Shown here in pieces: positions 61,985 through 64,000 of a DNA stretch of 64,000 nucleotides (positions within the stretch are counted from its first letter, which is position 1; the number at the start of each line of letters is the position of its first letter). The notes under the pieces are model-generated. The model made no database searches. It saw only the letters and a program-made list of their open reading frames with translations, and was not told the DNA's origin. Source of the stretch: Candidatus Adlerbacteria bacterium RIFCSPHIGHO2_12_FULL_53_18 (GTDB lineage: Bacteria > Patescibacteriota > Minisyncoccia > Phycocordibacterales > SBAW01). The stretch is taken from NCBI GenBank assembly GCA_001775475.1, contig MEWW01000010.1:5143-69142 (forward strand), written 5' to 3'. The translations under genes and the position numbers were made by a program.

Positions 61985-64000
61985 TTACTGTATCACCGCA
62001 GCAACATCTGTTTCAACCTGAGATGAAGGAGAACTTTCTTCTTCGCTCTCCTCCACTGTCGACTCTTCCTCATTCGTCTCTTCTGGTGCCGGTGCTTCCT
62101 CTACAGGCTCACTTGGGGTTGACGGAGCAACATCTTCTACAGTCGGTTCTTCTATTTCATCTGCTTCTTCCGGCGCTCCGGCGGGCTGAGCCTCTGGCGG
62201 CGGTTCCGATTCTGCTTGCGGTGAGCTTGTCGAATCCGGCGCGGGAGAGGGCGCGGGAGCTGGTGCGGGCGTACTCGAGCCACCCGCAGCCGCAGATTGG
62301 GATCGCAAATCGAGAAGCTGCTGCAGTTCGGCTTCGTTTACGCAGGTTGCGCCGACGCACAACTCGTCGGTGCGCACACGCTTTGCAAAGAAATCGGCGA
62401 TGCCGTTGCCAGCGTCGGCGAACCATTGTGTGAGGCGGGTGAAGAGGGAAGAAAAGAAGCGGGACGGGAATGAACCTTGCTCGGTTGCTGGCGTCGTCGT
62501 CGCGAGGTCTTCGAATTTAAGGTTGAGTTCTTGGATCGCCTTGGCAAGGAGCGCGGTGAGGCGCTCGTACTTTACGCCTTGGAGCTCTCCTGTTTCGTTA
62601 TCGTAGCGGGCAAGAAGCGGACTGACGGCGACGATTTCCTCGGCGATAAAGCCGAGGTCATGCTCGCCTCCGAAATCCTCTCTCCAATCGAACTCGCGAG
62701 GAGTTAGCGCAAGGACCGCATCGAGACCGAGAGAAATGTCCTCCACGTTCTCTTTGTACTGCGCAAGCGACGTGCAGTCGCCGTACAAAGACCCACCCGC
62801 GCCGTCCCAGCAGAGGGGGTCAGCTCCGACAGCTGTGTTGGTGAGCACATACAGAGTGCCCCCGACCGTAAGAAGTCCTTCGGTCGGCGTTGTGTCATTG
62901 ATGCCGACGTTGCCGGTGGAGTTGATGGTCACCTTTTCCGTGACCCCGCTTATGTCCCCTGACCCCGTGTAGAGCGAGATGCCGGACGCGCCTGCGACGA
63001 TCGCGTTGCCGTTCAAGACCGCGAACTCCGCGTGCGTCCCGCTTCGTGTGATGCGGATACGGCTTGTGGCAGCTGTCGTGCCGTCGACATGGAGAGCAAC
63101 TGCTGGCGAGGTGGTGCCGATACCGACGTTGCCTGAATAGTCAATCGTCATCGCAGTGTTGGTGATACCACTGGAGTATAGATTTGAAGTGCCGAAGTGG
63201 AGATAACTACCGCTTGAGGTGACTTGAGATCCGATGCGAGCTTTCGGAATCCCATGAGAACCAGCGGATACGGCACTGCGGCTTGCAAAGTCGAGCACTG
63301 TGTACTGGTTGGAGCCCGTATCCGCTTGAATTCTCAAGTGTCCGTCAGTCGTGCCGGTGAAAGTTGAGAGAGCGGTCCCCTCGATATTAAGTTTAGTTTC
63401 CGGCGTCGTGGTGCCGATGCCGACGTTGCCGGCGTTGTCTATTCTCATGCGCTCGAGCGCTGCACCACCAGCGTTAGGGCGCGTGATGAATTGCAGGTTA
63501 CCACCCCACGTCCCGGTCTTTGTGCCAGTTATTAAAGCCGCGCGTTCTCCGGTGTTATTAGAATCAGCAAATGCAATCCCATTATTAAACGCGTCGAAGT
63601 CCGTACCGATGGAATGCGTACTACCTGAAAATAATAGGTCGCCAAGATCTATCTGTAGTTTTGCCTTTGGACTCGTCGTCCCGATGCCGACGTTGCCGTC
63701 GTCTATGACGAGCCATGTATTTGCATCACCGCTTCCTTCACCGAATGCGATGGTGTTGTCGGAAGCGGTGGAAGCGCCGTGACGAAACTCGATCCACGAT
63801 TGTGCGGAACTATTATCGTCGATTGACGCTTCAAGTCGAAGTGCGCTGTTGTGCCATGAATTGTCGCGCGTCGCATGTGCTCGCGTAACGATGTCGAAGT
63901 AATTGTTATTGGCGCCATCGACAAAATTGTCTCTGAAACGCGCAAGGAGCGTCTCGCTATCATCGGCAAGCGCAAGCGCGTTTGTTCCATGAACATGGAG
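61985..64000 (-). CDS. Large tail-fibre-like surface protein with GNVGIGTT repeats and S74-type chaperone domain (5' end off window)
   Basis: Frame open to the window edge; four GNVGI repeats; SLAQYKENVED, LGFIAEE, LAKAIQEL; acidic Pro-rich tail. Confidence 0.85.
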   Translation of the reverse strand, partial: LHVHGTNALALADDSETLLARFRDNFVDGANNNYFDIVTRAHATRDNSWHNSALRLEASIDDNSSAQSWIEFRHGASTASDNTIAFGEGSGDANTWLVIDDGNVGIGTTSPKAKLQIDLGDLLFSGSTHSIGTDFDAFNNGIAFADSNNTGERAALITGTKTGTWGGNLQFITRPNAGGAALERMRIDNAGNVGIGTTTPETKLNIEGTALSTFTGTTDGHLRIQADTGSNQYTVLDFASRSAVSAGSHGIPKARIGSQVTSSGSYLHFGTSNLYSSGITNTAMTIDYSGNVGIGTTSPAVALHVDGTTAATSRIRITRSGTHAEFAVLNGNAIVAGASGISLYTGSGDISGVTEKVTINSTGNVGINDTTPTEGLLTVGGTLYVLTNTAVGADPLCWDGAGGSLYGDCTSLAQYKENVEDISLGLDAVLALTPREFDWREDFGGEHDLGFIAEEIVAVSPLLARYDNETGELQGVKYERLTALLAKAIQELNLKFEDLATTTPATEQGSFPSRFFSSLFTRLTQWFADAGNGIADFFAKRVRTDELCVGATCVNEAELQQLLDLRSQSAAAGGSSTPAPAPAPSPAPDSTSSPQAESEPPPEAQPAGAPEEADEIEEPTVEDVAPSTPSEPVEEAPAPEETNEEESTVEESEEESSPSSQVETDVAAVIQ

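Overview
64 kb of a small-genome bacterium. Gene content and synteny (short IF-2, RelA and ValS, VirB2-like pilin arrays, hisS-like/rpsU/ybeY/ftsA/ftsZ, dispersed tRNAs) point to Patescibacteria/CPR, probably Parcubacteria; this is inferred, not database-confirmed. It holds about 70 CDS, mostly housekeeping (dnaX, serS, dprA, topA, relA, parB, miaA, clpB, infB, gyrA, rpsA, ftsA/Z, tsaD, valS), and 14 tRNAs. I saw no rRNA, CRISPR array, integrase or transposase. Main unusual signals: (1) several families of short DNA palindromes sit in frame inside conserved genes (infB, tsaD twice, iscS, dusB, miaA, a sugar dehydrogenase) and also between genes; (2) two tRNAs carry downstream mini-elements that duplicate the tRNA 3' end around a shared AAACCGWGGGTTT hairpin; (3) a class of stand-alone, Shine-Dalgarno-led, terminator-bounded genes (purD, purB, pyrF, pyrE, MOSC, SPFH, ORFans) is interleaved with apparently leaderless core genes; (4) a pilin-lytic transglycosylase fusion with a possible immunity partner; (5) a lysyl-oxidase-family gene paired with a PQQ dehydrogenase; (6) two candidate structured ncRNAs. 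All calls are by eye, without searches.
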